Source: Malacoraja senta | Lineage: Eukaryota | Assembly: GCA_038087875.1 (NCBI GenBank) | Contig: JAXLNO010000104.1 | Coordinates: 186,001-227,839, forward strand | Direction of reading: 5' to 3' | DNA length: 41,839 bases | Shown: in pieces, positions 11,197-23,099 of the stretch | Position numbering within the stretch: position 1 is the stretch's first letter | Layout: each line of letters begins with the position of its first letter | Program-made: the position numbers and the translations under genes | The notes under the pieces: model-generated | Seen by the model: the letters and a program-made list of their open reading frames with translations, nothing else | Databases searched by the model: none | Told to the model about the DNA's origin: nothing

Positions 11197-14100
11197 ATGC
11201 ATGACGACAATCAAAAGAAAATAGGAGGAATCACATTATGTAGTTGGAATATAAGGGGGATTAATGAACCTATTAAAAGGGGCAAGATACTAGCTCAGTT
11301 GAAATCATACAACACGGACATTGCGTTTCTACAGGAAACACATCTTAAACAGCAAGATCAGACAAGACTGAGGGCGAACTGGATAGGCCAAACATTTCAC
11401 TCTTCATTTACCTCCAAATCTAGAGGTACTGCAATTATTATTCGTAAAGGAATTCCATTTAAATCAAAGAACACTATTTTAGATAAGGAAGGGAGATATC
11501 TTATAGTAGCAGGGGAGATCAATAATATGCCAATTACGCTGGTAAACATATATGCGCCCAACTTTGATAACCCTCAATTTTTTAATAAAATTCTGAATAT
11601 AATTGCAGAATCTAATTATCAAAATGTTATAATCGGAGGAGATTTTAATTGTGTTTTAGATCCTTATTTAGATAAATCGATGCAAAAACAAAAAGGTCAG
11701 ACGAAATCTAAAACCAGTGAACTCTTACACACATATATGGAAAACACAAATATAACAGATGTATGGAGGATTGCAAACCCGACGGGAAGGGATTACTCGT
11801 TTTATTCAATGGTGCATAAAACATATTCACGGATAGACTATTTTCTTGTGGATACAAAATTAATTCCGCAATCTCTGAATCCTAAATATCATATTAATGC
11901 GATCTCAGATCATTCTCCGTTAACTTTTGTTCTAAAACTAGAAGGAATGTCTATGAATAAACCGTTCTGGAGGTTTAACTCACAAATTTTAAAAGACCCT
12001 CAAGGGAGTATCTATCTAAAAAAACATATGGATCTATTTTTTGAGTTAAATGATACACCAGAGATATCCCCCACGTTATTATGGGAATCCTTCAAAGCAT
12101 TTATAAGAGGAGTCATTATTTCATTTCAAGCTTATCAAAATAAAAAGAATAAGAATGAACAAAGACACTTAGAAGATCAAATAAAACAGTTAGATATAGA
12201 TAATGCTAAAGACCCAACTATGGATAAACATAATGAAATACTACTACTGAAATTTCAGTTAAATAAATTACTGTCAGAGAAAGTTATAACATTATTTCAA
12301 ATCACAAAACAAGAACACTTCGAATTCGGGGACAAACCCCACAAACTTCTAGCACGACAACTTAAAAAACGGGAAAAAGAGAATGCAATATTAAAGATTA
12401 AATCAGATAGAGGGGAAGTATTAACACTACCCAAGGATATTAATAAAAGATTTGCTCAATTTTACCAGAATCTATACACATCTAAAACGTCAATAGACAA
12501 TAATAAAATCTCAGAATTTTTAGATAATTGTAATCTACCACAATTAGAACGCAGGGAACAAGAGGAACTGGGAGCACAAATTACTTCTAAGGAGATAGAA
12601 GACACAATAAAAACACTAAAAAATGGAAAAACACCAGGACCAGACGGATTCAGTAATGAATTTTATAAATCTTTTTATGATATAGTTACTCCACGATTAC
12701 AAAAAATGTATACATATGCTTATCAAGAGCAAAACCTACCTGAAACACTAGCGGAATCAACGATCATATTAATACTTAAAAAAGATAAAAATATAGAAGA
12801 ACCAGGATCATATAGAGCTATTGCTTTGTTAAATACGGATCAGAAAATAATAGCAAAAACATTAGCCAATAGATTAAGCAAGTATGTTAGTAGACTGATA
12901 CATGAGGATCAAACAGGATTTATACCTAAGAGACACTCATTTAATAATTTGAGACGTTTGCTTAACATAATGCATTCACATAAATCTTATGACCAAGAGT
13001 TAGCTATCATTTCACTGGACGCAGAAAAAGCGTTTGATCAAGTAGAATGGGACTATATGATCAAAGTATTGCAAAAATTCCAATTGGGAGAAAACTTTAT
13101 TGCATGGATAAAACTACTATATAACAAACCTACGGCTAGAATACTAACTAATAATATATTATCTTCAAAATTCGAATTATCTAGGGACAACAGACAAGGA
13201 TGTTCACTATCACCGCTGTTATTTGCTTTGGTAATTGAACCCCTTGCTGAAAAAATAAGAACACACTCGAATATTCACGGTTATAACACAAAATATTCAA
13301 ACAACAAACTATCCCTATATGCTGATGATGTACTACTGTACATCACAAAACCACAAATTAGTATACCAAATATATTAAACTTAATTGAGGACTTTGGATC
13401 CTTTTCAGGATATAGAATAAATTGGAACAAAAGTGAAATTATGTCGATTAAACCAAAAGACTCAACACATCTCAGGAAATTCCCTTTTAAAATAGCTATG
13501 GAAAAATTCAAATATTTAGGAATTGAGATTACTAGAAATTACCATGATATGTTTAAAGCTAATTATAATCCCTTACTTAAGAAATTAAATAATTTGATTA
13601 AATTTTGGAAAACACTTCCGATGTCCTTAATAGGTAGGATAAATGCTATAAAAATGATTTTCTTACCACAAATCCTTTACCTATTTCAATCAATACCTAT
13701 ATATCTCCCAAAAAAGTTTTTCAAAAAACTGGACTCAGACATTACAAATTTTATATGGGATTACAAATCCCACAGAATACAAAGAACACACCTTAACAAA
13801 CGAAAAGAGTTGGGGGGTCTAGCGCTCCCTAACTTTATGTATTATAACTGGGCAGTAAATATTAAAAATATGATTCACCTGCTGGACAATTCTGCCCAGC
13901 AGGTGGACTGGATTATAATGGAAAAAGGGGATTGCTCCCCGAATAATATAGGAGCGATTATTCTCTCTCCAATAAATTTGAATAATAAAAATTATAATAA
14001 AAATCCAATTATATATAGCACTATTAGAACATGGAAGCAAAAAAAACAAATCTAAAATTAAGAAACCTATCTCTCTTAATACCAATAGTCAATAACCCAT

Positions 14101-14981
14101 CGTTTAAACCTTCAATCATAGATAAATCATTTATACAATGGGAAAGAATGGGAATCAAAACGCTCGAAGATCTGTATGAATTAGAAAAATTACTATCATT
14201 TCAACAACTACAACTGAAATATAATTTGAAAAATAATCAATATTTTAAATATCTACAAATCTGTGACTATTTGAAAACACACACAAAAGATTATTATAAT
14301 ATGCCTTCCGACTTACTAGATGAAGCAATGAAGACAAAGGCGGAATCAGTTAATTTAATATCATACTTATATAATATCATCTTAAACATAGAAATACCCA
14401 CAACAGATGGAATTAGAAGAGATTGGGAACAAGATTTAGGTATAAAAATTTCAAAAGAGAGTTGGGATAATCATTTATTACAGGTGCATAAATGTTCGAT
14501 CAACGTACGACATACGCTTATCCAATTTAAAACATTACATAGATTATATTATTCAAAAACCAAACTAAATAAAATCTTTCCTAACGTCTCACCAATCTGT
14601 GATAAATGTATATGTCAAGAAGCTACCATAGCACATTCTTTTGTTTTTTGTACAAAAATCCAAAAATTCTGGTTTGAAATATTTGATATTTTTTCAAAAT
14701 TAATCAAAATAAAACTGGTACCAAAACCAGAATGGATTATTTTTGGAATATCGGAAGGTATTCCTGAATTAAACGTGTATCAGAAGAATTTACTCAATTA
14801 TGGGCTAATAATGGGAAAAAAGCTTATACTTAAATTCTGGAAAAATGCGCCCACACCAACAATAAAAATGTGGACATCAAATATGTTGGAAACATTACAT
14901 CTGGAAGAGATGAGATTCCTCCTAGTAGGCAAAGTAGACCAATTTCAAAAGACGTGGTCTACGTTTTTGGACCTATTATAA
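11197..14981 (+). pseudogene. L1 ORF2p (APE endonuclease, RT, C-terminal Cys motif) with one frameshift near 14040
   Basis: SWNIRG, FLQETH, NIYAPN, GGDFN, SRIDY, SDH; PGPDGF, SLDAEKAFD, RQGCSLSPLLF, LYADD; CDKC...H..C in the 14031-14981 frame. Adding one base in the A8 run at 14039-14046 would give a 1261-aa ORF. Confidence 0.93.
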
Positions 14982-15642
14982 GCATGAGGTGCAATAGTAA
15001 TTTAGAAAAACAAATAAATAAATAAAAGGTATCTGGACCTGGTAATGGGAGGTAAAACAAAAACAGACTTGGTTGGTAGTTCCTTTTCTATGAAGTATGT
15101 TATAAGAGTTATAATAGAGCGATTTGTTCCTTCTTTCTTTCTCTTTCTTTTCTAGGGTCTATTTTCTAACTTTACTTCCTTCTCTAACTTCTTTTCTAAG
15201 GGGCTTTCTTTTCCCAACACTCTTTTGCACTTCACAACCTTTGCGCACTTTCTTCACTTTTCTTACTTCTTCCTTTTTCTTTCTTAAAGTTTAAAAAAGT
15301 GAAGCGATACAAAAAATGCATTAATATATACGTGTTGTACATTACTGTAATCTACCGTACTTCTATTAAAAAAATTATAAAAAAAAAAAATGTTAAAACT
15401 GCACAAATCATGTACAAAGCAATTAATTAAAAAAAAACTCAATGTCAGAACAACTCTTAAAAGTATGTACATAGCAATCTGTGGGGTGAATTTGTGGAAT
15501 GGTTTGGAACAGGAGATAAAACTTAGCACAAACATGATTCACTTTAAACAGATGTACAAAAACACTTTGTTAAAGGATATTGGGATGAGGATAGGTGATT
15601 GTGAGTGGGATATTTGTTATACTGATTGTATTGGGAAGGGTA

Positions 15643-15693
15643 ATTTTAGTTCGGAGTCACGTGAGTGACTACGTGAAGAACCCCGCCAGTGCG
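15643..15693 (+). repeat. DIRS left inverted terminal repeat
   Basis: tacgtgaagaaccccgccagtgcg is the reverse complement of cgcactggcggggttcttcacgta starting at 20570. Confidence 0.9.
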
Positions 15694-15797
15694 TCTAATG
15701 GATTTGTAGTTTTTTAACTACAAGGTAAGTAAAAAAAATTGTCAGTATTTTCAGGTCCGTTTACTGTGGGTCTGTGGGGATTTTTTCCACAGACGCC

Positions 15798-16960
15798 ATG
15801 GAAAAAATGGGCAGGGGGAAGAGGCGAGCAACTCAGCCGACAGAAAGTCGGGAGAGTCGGGAGTCTGCGGTTAGCGACCAACCGCCTCTAACCCTGGTAC
15901 AGTCGCCAGCGGTGAGCGTAGCGACTGTGGACCTGGGGCAGTCAGCGCGTGTCGGGCGCAAGGCCAAGTTCGAATCGAAACAGGCCACGGAGGAGGAGTC
16001 CCAGGAAATGGAAATGGTAGAAGCTCCAGGGCTAGATACTGCTTTTAAGCGTATTGCCCAAATGGAAAGCCTGCTACATAGGCTGTTGGAGCAAAGCACA
16101 CTCAGGTAAGAGTGTACTGAAATCCAAGCTGCTGGATGCAGCTTAAACAGCTCCTGGTACAGGGCTGATAGAATGCACCCTCAGGGATGAGGGGCGTGCC
16201 ATAGGTCATGAGATTTCAGACCCCGATTCTGACGGTGAGGCTGTACAAGCTGATACTGTACGTGATTTGTCACAGTAGCCGTGATGTACGTGATGTACAG
16301 ATGTTCCACCCCTGGCAGTACGATTCTCTGCCCCGTCAGGGTCAGGAGAGCCATTAGAAGATAATTGGCCTCCATAATAAATTACTTGGTTTCCCATCAG
16401 CTGGAACAGTAGGAAATGGATGAGAATGCAAGAAAATATGAGTTGAGTATGACTATGAGAACTCAAGAATTGAAATTGCAGAGAATATTAAAGCTGCTGG
16501 GTTCTGGAATAACTGCTTTTGCTAGAGTAGCGAATAAAAGCAAAGAGATGACGGAGTTGCATCAGGAAGCACTGGGGTTGCTATGCAGCACCCACTTCGA
16601 GATCAATTGTCTGAGGAAAGTGCTATACGGCCTACTATGAATCCGAAATTCGCAGCACTCTGCAAACCAAGTAATGTACAATTACCCAACTTACTCTTTG
16701 GAGAGATCTCGGGAGACGTGTTAAAGAGTTGGAAGATGAAGCGAAAACAGGATTGATGAAAACATCAATGGTTGTAAAGTCTGTAAAGAGGAGGTATCCT
16801 TTCAGACGTCATACGGATCCTGGACCAGGACCAAGTCGCTCATTAACGCAGGGACGTAGCTGGCGGCCTGCAGCGAGAGCAAGAACCAGTGGGGGTGCTT
16901 CCGGGAGAATCCAGGGATCTCAGAGTGCTCAAATGACTCAAGAGGTAGGTGGACCTGGTT
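15798..16960 (+). pseudogene. DIRS ORF1 (gag-like), multiple stops and frameshifts
   Basis: Kozak GCCATGG at 15795-15801; fragments 15774-16109, 16416-16640 (QELKLQRILKLL...HFEINCLRK) and 16729-17025 lie before the RT. Confidence 0.65.
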
Positions 16961-17039
16961 CTCATGGGAACATACTAAACCGGATTAAGTCCAAACGTTG
17001 GAGGCAGATTATGTCTCTTCTATAACAATCGGAAGAAGA

Positions 17040-18500
17040 TTACTTCAGATGTGGTAATTCTGAATAGTATACAAGGATTTTGAATTGAATTCAATCCAAA
17101 TTATGATTTGCCTGTCCAGCATGTTCCTAGCAGAACTCTCCACTTCTTCGGCATGGACTTGAAGGGCCGAGATGGACTGTTTCCCTGCTGTAATTGTCAT
17201 ATGGTTTGCACAAAAAGAAGTGATGGAGGTTCAAGCTGCTTTTCAAACCCTATATATAAAAGGGGTTAATGAAGAATCAGTCTACCAAATTCACCAATTT
17301 GTGTCAAATATATTCCCTCAATCAAAAAAGGATGGAGGATGTAGGATTATTCTAGACTTGACAAGTTTGAATCCTTTTGTTTAATTTAAACATTTTAAAA
17401 GGGAGACATTTGTGAATGCCAAACAACTTATTTCAGAAGCATGTCATATGGCAACTATAGATTTAAAAGATACATATTATTCAGTATCTTAAATTTACAT
17501 GGATGAACCAGTTATGGCAGTTCAAAGCTTTGCCTAATGGGTTAACGTCCGCTCCCAGAATATTCACAAAATTATTAAAACCAACTCTGGGGTTGCTGAG
17601 AAGCCAGGGGCATGTACTAATGGCATATTTTGGATGATGTCCTGATTATAGGAAGGACAAAACAGTCAACAGAAGCATCTGTTGCAATTGTGAAATCAAC
17701 TTTTGAAAGTTTGGGGTTTCTAATTCATCCAAAGAAATCAAGGTTAACACCATGTACCTCGATTGATTATTTGGGGTTCACAATTGATTCAGTCCAAATG
17801 AAAATTACTTTGCCCAGTGAAAAAAGGGTGGAGTTGATTAAAGATTGCGGTAATCTGTTAAACGAGCAAAAACCCTCAATCAGACAGGTGGCTCGAGTAC
17901 TGGGAAAATTAGTAGCAGCATTCCCAGCAGTCCAATACGGACCATTATATTATCAAGAGCTGCAGAGAGTTAAAGAACAGGCACTGAGAATGCATGTTGG
18001 TCATTTTGATAGAACCATGCAACTAACAACAAATGCTGTTTCTGATCTGCAGTGGTGGATTCTACATGTCTCAAGCAGTTCCAGCAAAGTGCTGATTGAA
18101 CAACCTTCCATGATATTACAAACTGATGCCAGTGCACTAGGATGTGGTGCAACTGACTTAGCATCTAGCTGCGGAGGCAGATGGAATCAGGAAGAGTCAT
18201 TGTTACTGCAGACATGGGGAGTTAACTATTTGGAATTTTAGGATGTTTCAATGGACTCCAAGGTTATTGTTCTAACACAACTAAAAGGCATGTTCAAGTT
18301 CAAATTGATAAACACAACAGCAGTTGCCTATATTAATGATATGGATGGAAGCAAGTCGGGGTCATGTGACAAAATGGCTGATCAACTTTGGTCTGGGTGT
18401 ATTGAAAAGAACATTTGGATTTCAGCTATCTATCTACCAGGTAGAATGAACACGATAGCAGACACCAGGTCACGAAAGTTCCATGATAATAAGAATGGAT
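17040..18500 (+). pseudogene. DIRS RT and RNase H, disrupted
   Basis: KKDGGCRIILDL, IDLKDTYYSV, FKALPNGLTSAPRIFTK, Y/LDD (frameshifted), YLGFTID, QTDASALGCG, NYLE, NTTAVAYIN, YLPGRMNTIADTRSR. Confidence 0.9.
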
Positions 18501-18909
18501 GTTGAATCGAGAGGTATTCAATGATATAGTAATCAGATTTGGAATGCCCGACATTGACTTGTTTGCATCTAGACTGAATCATCAGCTATCGAGATATGTC
18601 TCATGGGAATCAGATCCAGGAGCAGTGGCGATTGATTCTTTCTCGCTACATTGGGGTGGTATGTTTTCATATATATTTCCATTTTTGTGCCTCATAAGCC
18701 AGTGTTTGCTTAAAATCAGGCAAGATGCTGTTTCAGGGGTATTGGTAGTACCAGATTGGCCTACACAGCCATGGTATCTGTTGATATCAGAATTAACAAC
18801 ACAAATGTTGATGAAAGTCCCAAAAAGGAGTAATTTATTGCTGCACCCTGTAACAGGGGAAGAACATCCGTTATATGATCGTTTGGATTTGTTGATTTGC
18901 AGGTTTTAA
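18499..18909 (+). pseudogene. DIRS DNA adenine-methyltransferase-like domain
   Basis: DIDLFASRLNHQL ... YIFPF ... VVPDWPTQPWY, the MT domain that follows RNase H in DIRS1 elements. Confidence 0.85.
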
Positions 18910-20153
18910 GAAGGCCTTTTTTGGGGCGAGGACTGTCTGAGCGTACTGTGGACATGCTTACGGCAGCCTGGAGGAAGAGCACTCAAAAACAGTACCTTTC
19001 TTATATTAAGAAATGGGAAGAGTTCTGTGCACAAAAGAATGTAGAATATAATAATAATAATAATAACTTTTATTTACGGGCGCCTTATACCGAGGTCTCA
19101 AGGACACCTTACAGAGAATTGACAAATAAGAAACATATAATCAGAATAAAATAAATTATAAAGACATCATCATTATACAAATTAAGGACAGAATTCATTC
19201 CAAAGACACAAAAAAAGAAAATCAGAAACACAATTTGAGGAGAGAGCAGCGGCAGCTAAACCGCACCAGCGTCCACTCTCCCCTCCGACCGCCATCTTGA
19301 ACACAGACTAACATAGACAATTACATACAAAAATCATCCCCCCAAAATATAGTACTGCAGATATTTCAAATGTTTAGAATTTCTGTCAAAACTTTATTAT
19401 GATGTAGGTCTGAGTTGTAGTGCAATTAATTCAGCCAGAAGTGCATTGTCCTCATATTTGGTTCTGGATTCAGAAAGAAACAATTGTTTCCAGACTAATG
19501 TAAGGAATCTTTAATTCCAAACCACCGAAACCTAGGTAGATGACAATGTGGTATGTAAGTATGGTACTGAAACTACTTCGTGAATGGTCACCAAGTGTGT
19601 CTTTACCTTTGGCCAAGCTCAGTATGAAAGTATTCTGGCATGAGTGACAGCACAACGAGTGCAAACACTTGGAAAATTACAAATAGACAGTATGAAAGTA
19701 ACTGAAGACAAGGTTACATTCTATATCTATGACCTATTAAAGCAAATTAGGCCAGGTGTGACAGGATTTAAAATTATGCTAGCAGCATATCCAAATGATC
19801 CTTGTCTCTGTGTTAAGACATATTTGTTACAATACATTGAGTTCACAAAGAATTTGAGAAATACGGAAACTGGGTTGTTGATCACACACAAGAAACCACA
19901 CAAGAGAGTTTCAATACAGACTATTTCCAGATGGATAAAAGAAGTCTTAACAGCTGCTGGTATTAACACTTATGTTTTTACGTCTCACTCGTCTAGGGCA
20001 GCAGAAACGTCGGCGGCCAGGGCAAAATACGTCCCCGTCGACCATATCCTCGCAGTCGCCGGGTGGTCCAATGAGTTGATGTTTCAACATTTTTACCATC
20101 TGCCTATTGTTAATGCGGGATTGTTTGCAGAAACTATTTTAAGTTCTGTGTAA
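18897..20153 (+). pseudogene. DIRS tyrosine recombinase, interrupted by an insertion at 19051-19345
   Basis: AWRKSTQKQY..YIKKW; SAINSARSALS; TAQRVQTL; TISRWIK; HSSRAA; GWS..MFQHFY (R...HxxR...W...Y catalytic set). Confidence 0.9.
19051..19345 (-). mobile_element. Short L2-tailed element (SINE or L2 3' UTR fragment) inserted in the YR gene
   Basis: Minus-strand 3' end aggtgtccttgag...aaggcgcc..taaataaaa with (TTA)n tail; TSD aatata at 19045-19050 and 19346-19351. Confidence 0.75.
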
Positions 20154-20321
20154 ATTCCTCTGGTTTAAAGGGGATCTGATTAATTTCATTATTGAAATGA
20201 ATTACTGCATTTGTGGTACAAATGTTATTATGAATGCATGATTGATTATTCTCGTTCCGAGTCAATCAATGCAGTGAGAAGCCGGGATTGATCTATGGCA
20301 TGAAATCACAAAGCTTTAAAA

Positions 20322-20435
20322 TCTTCACGTAGTCACTCACGTGACTCCGAAGTAAAATAGTAAGATTAAATGAGAACTTACCTAAGTTTGAAGTTTGATC
20401 TTTATTTTATGAGGAGTTACGTAGGTGGTTACGTG
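20322..20435 (+). repeat. DIRS internal complementary region (ICR)
   Basis: First part (tcttcacgtagtcactcacgtgactccgaagtaaaat) complements the element 5' end; second part (aatagtaagattaaa...acgtg) complements the 3' end. Confidence 0.92.
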
Positions 20436-20569
20436 CCCACCACGACCCTACCCTCTATCATAAAGGTCAGATGGAAGTTCTTGTATTACTCGTTTTATTA
20501 TGAGACTATATTACTTCGATTGTTGTTTTTTGTGATTTCACACCGCTGCTTTGAAGATTGACACGCAGG

Positions 20570-20665
20570 CGCACTGGCGGGGTTCTTCACGTAATCACCT
20601 ACGTAACTCCTCAAAATAAAGATCAAACTTCAAACTCAGGTAAGTTCTCGTTTAATCTTACTATT
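20570..20665 (+). repeat. DIRS right inverted terminal repeat with 3' extension
   Basis: Inverted match to the left ITR, followed by an extension complementary to the ICR. Confidence 0.9.
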
Positions 20666-20800
20666 ATAGGGTGATGGGTTGTATATATGACTAAGAGATA
20701 CTGTATCGTATATCAGGGGGGTTTCTTTTCTCTTTTCTTTTTCCTCTCTTTTTTTGTATGGCTTTGTAAATATTTGATTAGTGTATAAATGTAAATAATT

Positions 20801-21137
20801 TGGTGTACATATAGCTGCTGGTGTACATATGGTGTACATACAGCTGCTGGTGTACATATGGTGTACATATAGCTGCTGGTGTACATATGGTGTACATATA
20901 GCTGCTGGTGTACATATGGTGTACATACAGCTGCTGGCGTACATATGGTGTACATATAGCTGCTGGTGTACATATGGTGTACAGATAGCTGTGGTGTACA
21001 TATGGTGTACATATAGCTGCTGGTGTACATATGGTGTACATATAGCTGCTAGTGTACATATGGTGTACATATAGCTGCTGGTGTACATATGGTGTACATA
21101 TAGCTGCTGGTGTACATATGGTGTACATATAGCTGCT
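20801..21137. repeat. 29-bp minisatellite (ggtgtacatatagctgctggtgtacatat), ~11.6 copies
   Basis: Direct tandem repeats with few substitutions, inside the host LINE 3' UTR. Confidence 0.95.
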
Positions 21138-21773
21138 AAATCTGTATAAGATCATTATAAACAGTTGAATAAGGGGTGGGAATTAATAAGCTTTGGCTTC
21201 TTCCTGCTCCTTTTCGGACACATACGATTTCATTTGTGCCGCAAGGCTCAGTGCTGGGACCCCAGTTATTGACAATAGATATTAACAATGTAGTCAAAGG
21301 AATTAAATGTAACATCTCCGTTTGTATATGACACAAAGCTGGGTGGCAGTGTGTGCTGTGAGGAGGATGTTATTAGGCTGCAGGTTGACGGATAGGTTGG
21401 GTGAGTGGGCAGATGCATGGAAGATTCAGTATAATGTGGATAAATGTGAGGTTATCCACTTTGGTGGTAAGAACAAGAAGGCAGATACAGCAGGCAGTGA
21501 AGAAAGCTAATGGCATGTTGGACTTCATAACAAGAGGATTTCAGTATAGGAGCAAGGAGGTCCAACTGCAGTTGTACAGGGCACTGGTGAGACCACACCT
21601 GGAGTATTGTGTACAGTATTGGTCTCCCTAATTAGAGTAAGGACATTATTGCTATAGAGGTAATGCAGCGTAGATTCACCAGCTTAATTCCCGGCATGGC
21701 GCGACTGACATATGATGAAAGAATTGATCGACTGGCATTTAGAAGGATTAGAGGGGATCTTATAGATACATAT

Positions 21774-23099
21774 TTTAAAAAAAAATTATTAGAAGTATTT
21801 TACATTACAGTAATCTGCACTAACATCAATTTATACAGTTCTTGTACCACTTCTGTTTTTCAACTTTAATAGAAAAAAAGGATAGAAAGAGCTAGCAAAG
21901 ATAGTCAGTGAGTGGATGAAAGTGGTCCAGGAACACTCTTGTGAACCTAAACCACAAGAAGTAGTTAAGGAAGAAAAGAAAAAAAGAGAAAAAAGAAAAT
22001 AAGATAGGACAATATGAAAGGGATGAACCTACTTCTTATCTTTACTCACCCCTCGCCAGGTCCTAAAACCATTTATTATCATCATTTTGTTGCACTCTAT
22101 GTTTGTAATAAGTCGATATATATGGATCACATCTTTTGGAATTGGTCTTGTTTACCTGCTAGGAGGAATCTCATATCTTCTAGATGTAACAATTCCGCCA
22201 TATTAGAAGTCCACATTTTTATTGTTGGCGTAGGAGCATTTTTCCAAAATCTCAATATCATTTTTTTTGCCGTTATTAAGCCGTAACTAAGAAACCTCCT
22301 TTGAAACGCAGTCAGCTCCAAACTTGCTTCTGTTGTTCCAAAAATAATCAGTTCTGCATTCGGTTTCAGTTTTATTTTAAATAATTTAGTGAAAATTTCA
22401 AAAATATCATTCCAAAATTTTTGAACTTTTATACAAAAAACAAAAGAATGTGCTATCGTTGATTCTTGGACTAGGCATTTATCACAGTTAGCAGAGGTAT
22501 TTGGGTAAAATTTACTTAATTTAGCTTTTGAATAATATAATCTATGTACAATTTTAAATTGAATCAATGTCTACGTTAATCGAACATTTATGCACATATA
22601 ATAGATGTTTATCCCAACTCTCTTTCGAGATTTTTATAGCTAGTTCCTGTTCCCATTTTCTTCTAATCCCGTCTGATGATGGAATTTCTATATTTAAAAT
22701 GGAATTATATAGATATGATATTAAATTAGCTGATTCTGCTTTTATATTAATTATCCCATCTAATAGGTCAGGAGACATGTTTTGATATTCTCGTGTATAC
22801 TTTTTCAAATAGTCACGTAGTTGAAAATATTTGAAATATTGATTACTATTCAAGTTGTATTTAAGTTGTAATTGATGAAATGTAAAAAAACTTCCATTAT
22901 CATACATATCTCCAAACGTTTAAATTCCTACTATTTCCCAATTTATAACAGCTCTATCTATCATAGAAGGTTTAAACACAGGGTTATTCATTATAGGTGA
23001 AAGAAGTGATAGACTTCTTAATTTTAACGTTAATTTTATTTGTTTCCAAATTCTAATTGTACTATGAATAATTTGATTTTTACTATATATTGTATTCTT
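21774..23099 (-). mobile_element. 5'-truncated L1 (sister family of the 8792-15390 element) inserted in CR1
   Basis: Minus ORFs 22920-23102, 22554-22907 and 22127-22567 match the ORF2 C-terminus (HRLYYSK..CDKC..WKNAPTPTIKMWTSNM); catat duplicated at 21769-21773 and 23100-23104. Confidence 0.9.

Larger units (their letters stand above)
8792..15390 (+). mobile_element. Full-length L1 LINE with poly(A) tail and TSD
   Basis: TSD ttaaaactgc at 8782-8791 and 15393-15402; CpG-rich 5' UTR; ORF1; ~1.2-kb spacer; ORF2; pyrimidine-rich 3' UTR; A-rich tail to 15390. Confidence 0.95.
15643..20665 (+). mobile_element. DIRS1-type tyrosine-recombinase retrotransposon, structurally complete, coding regions decayed
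   Basis: Left ITR 15643-15693, right ITR 20570-20665, ICR 20322-20435 complementary to both termini; ATT at both ends with no longer TSD; gag, RT, RNase H, MT and YR remnants in order. Confidence 0.93.
8238..21220 (+). mobile_element. L2-group (Crack/Daphne-like) LINE, 5'-truncated, in three pieces: 8238-8791, 15393-15642, 20666-21220
   Basis: RT C-terminus DDMNIFCS...KLWFDVNQLSL..KTK...FLGVILD...PYLSYCVEIWG...LVKFKTA continues after the L1 as KTAQIMYKA...GVNLWNGL; the 3' UTR resumes after the DIRS element. Clade assignment is approximate. Confidence 0.75.

Noticed and set aside
16110..16466. Possible internal inversion in the DIRS gag region (open minus frame)
   Set aside because: The plus strand still reads as gag-like sequence (HEISDPDSDGE...GEPLED) with stops, so the minus ORF is incidental.
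20636..21155. CRISPR-like array or repeat-protein ORFs
   Set aside because: Head-to-tail 29-bp units with no unique spacers, in eukaryotic TE context with no cas genes.
8234..21228. atacgat at 8234-8240 and 21222-21228 as TSD of the host LINE
   Set aside because: The outer flanks are CR1 pieces in opposite orientations that do not rejoin, so the 7-mer may be chance.
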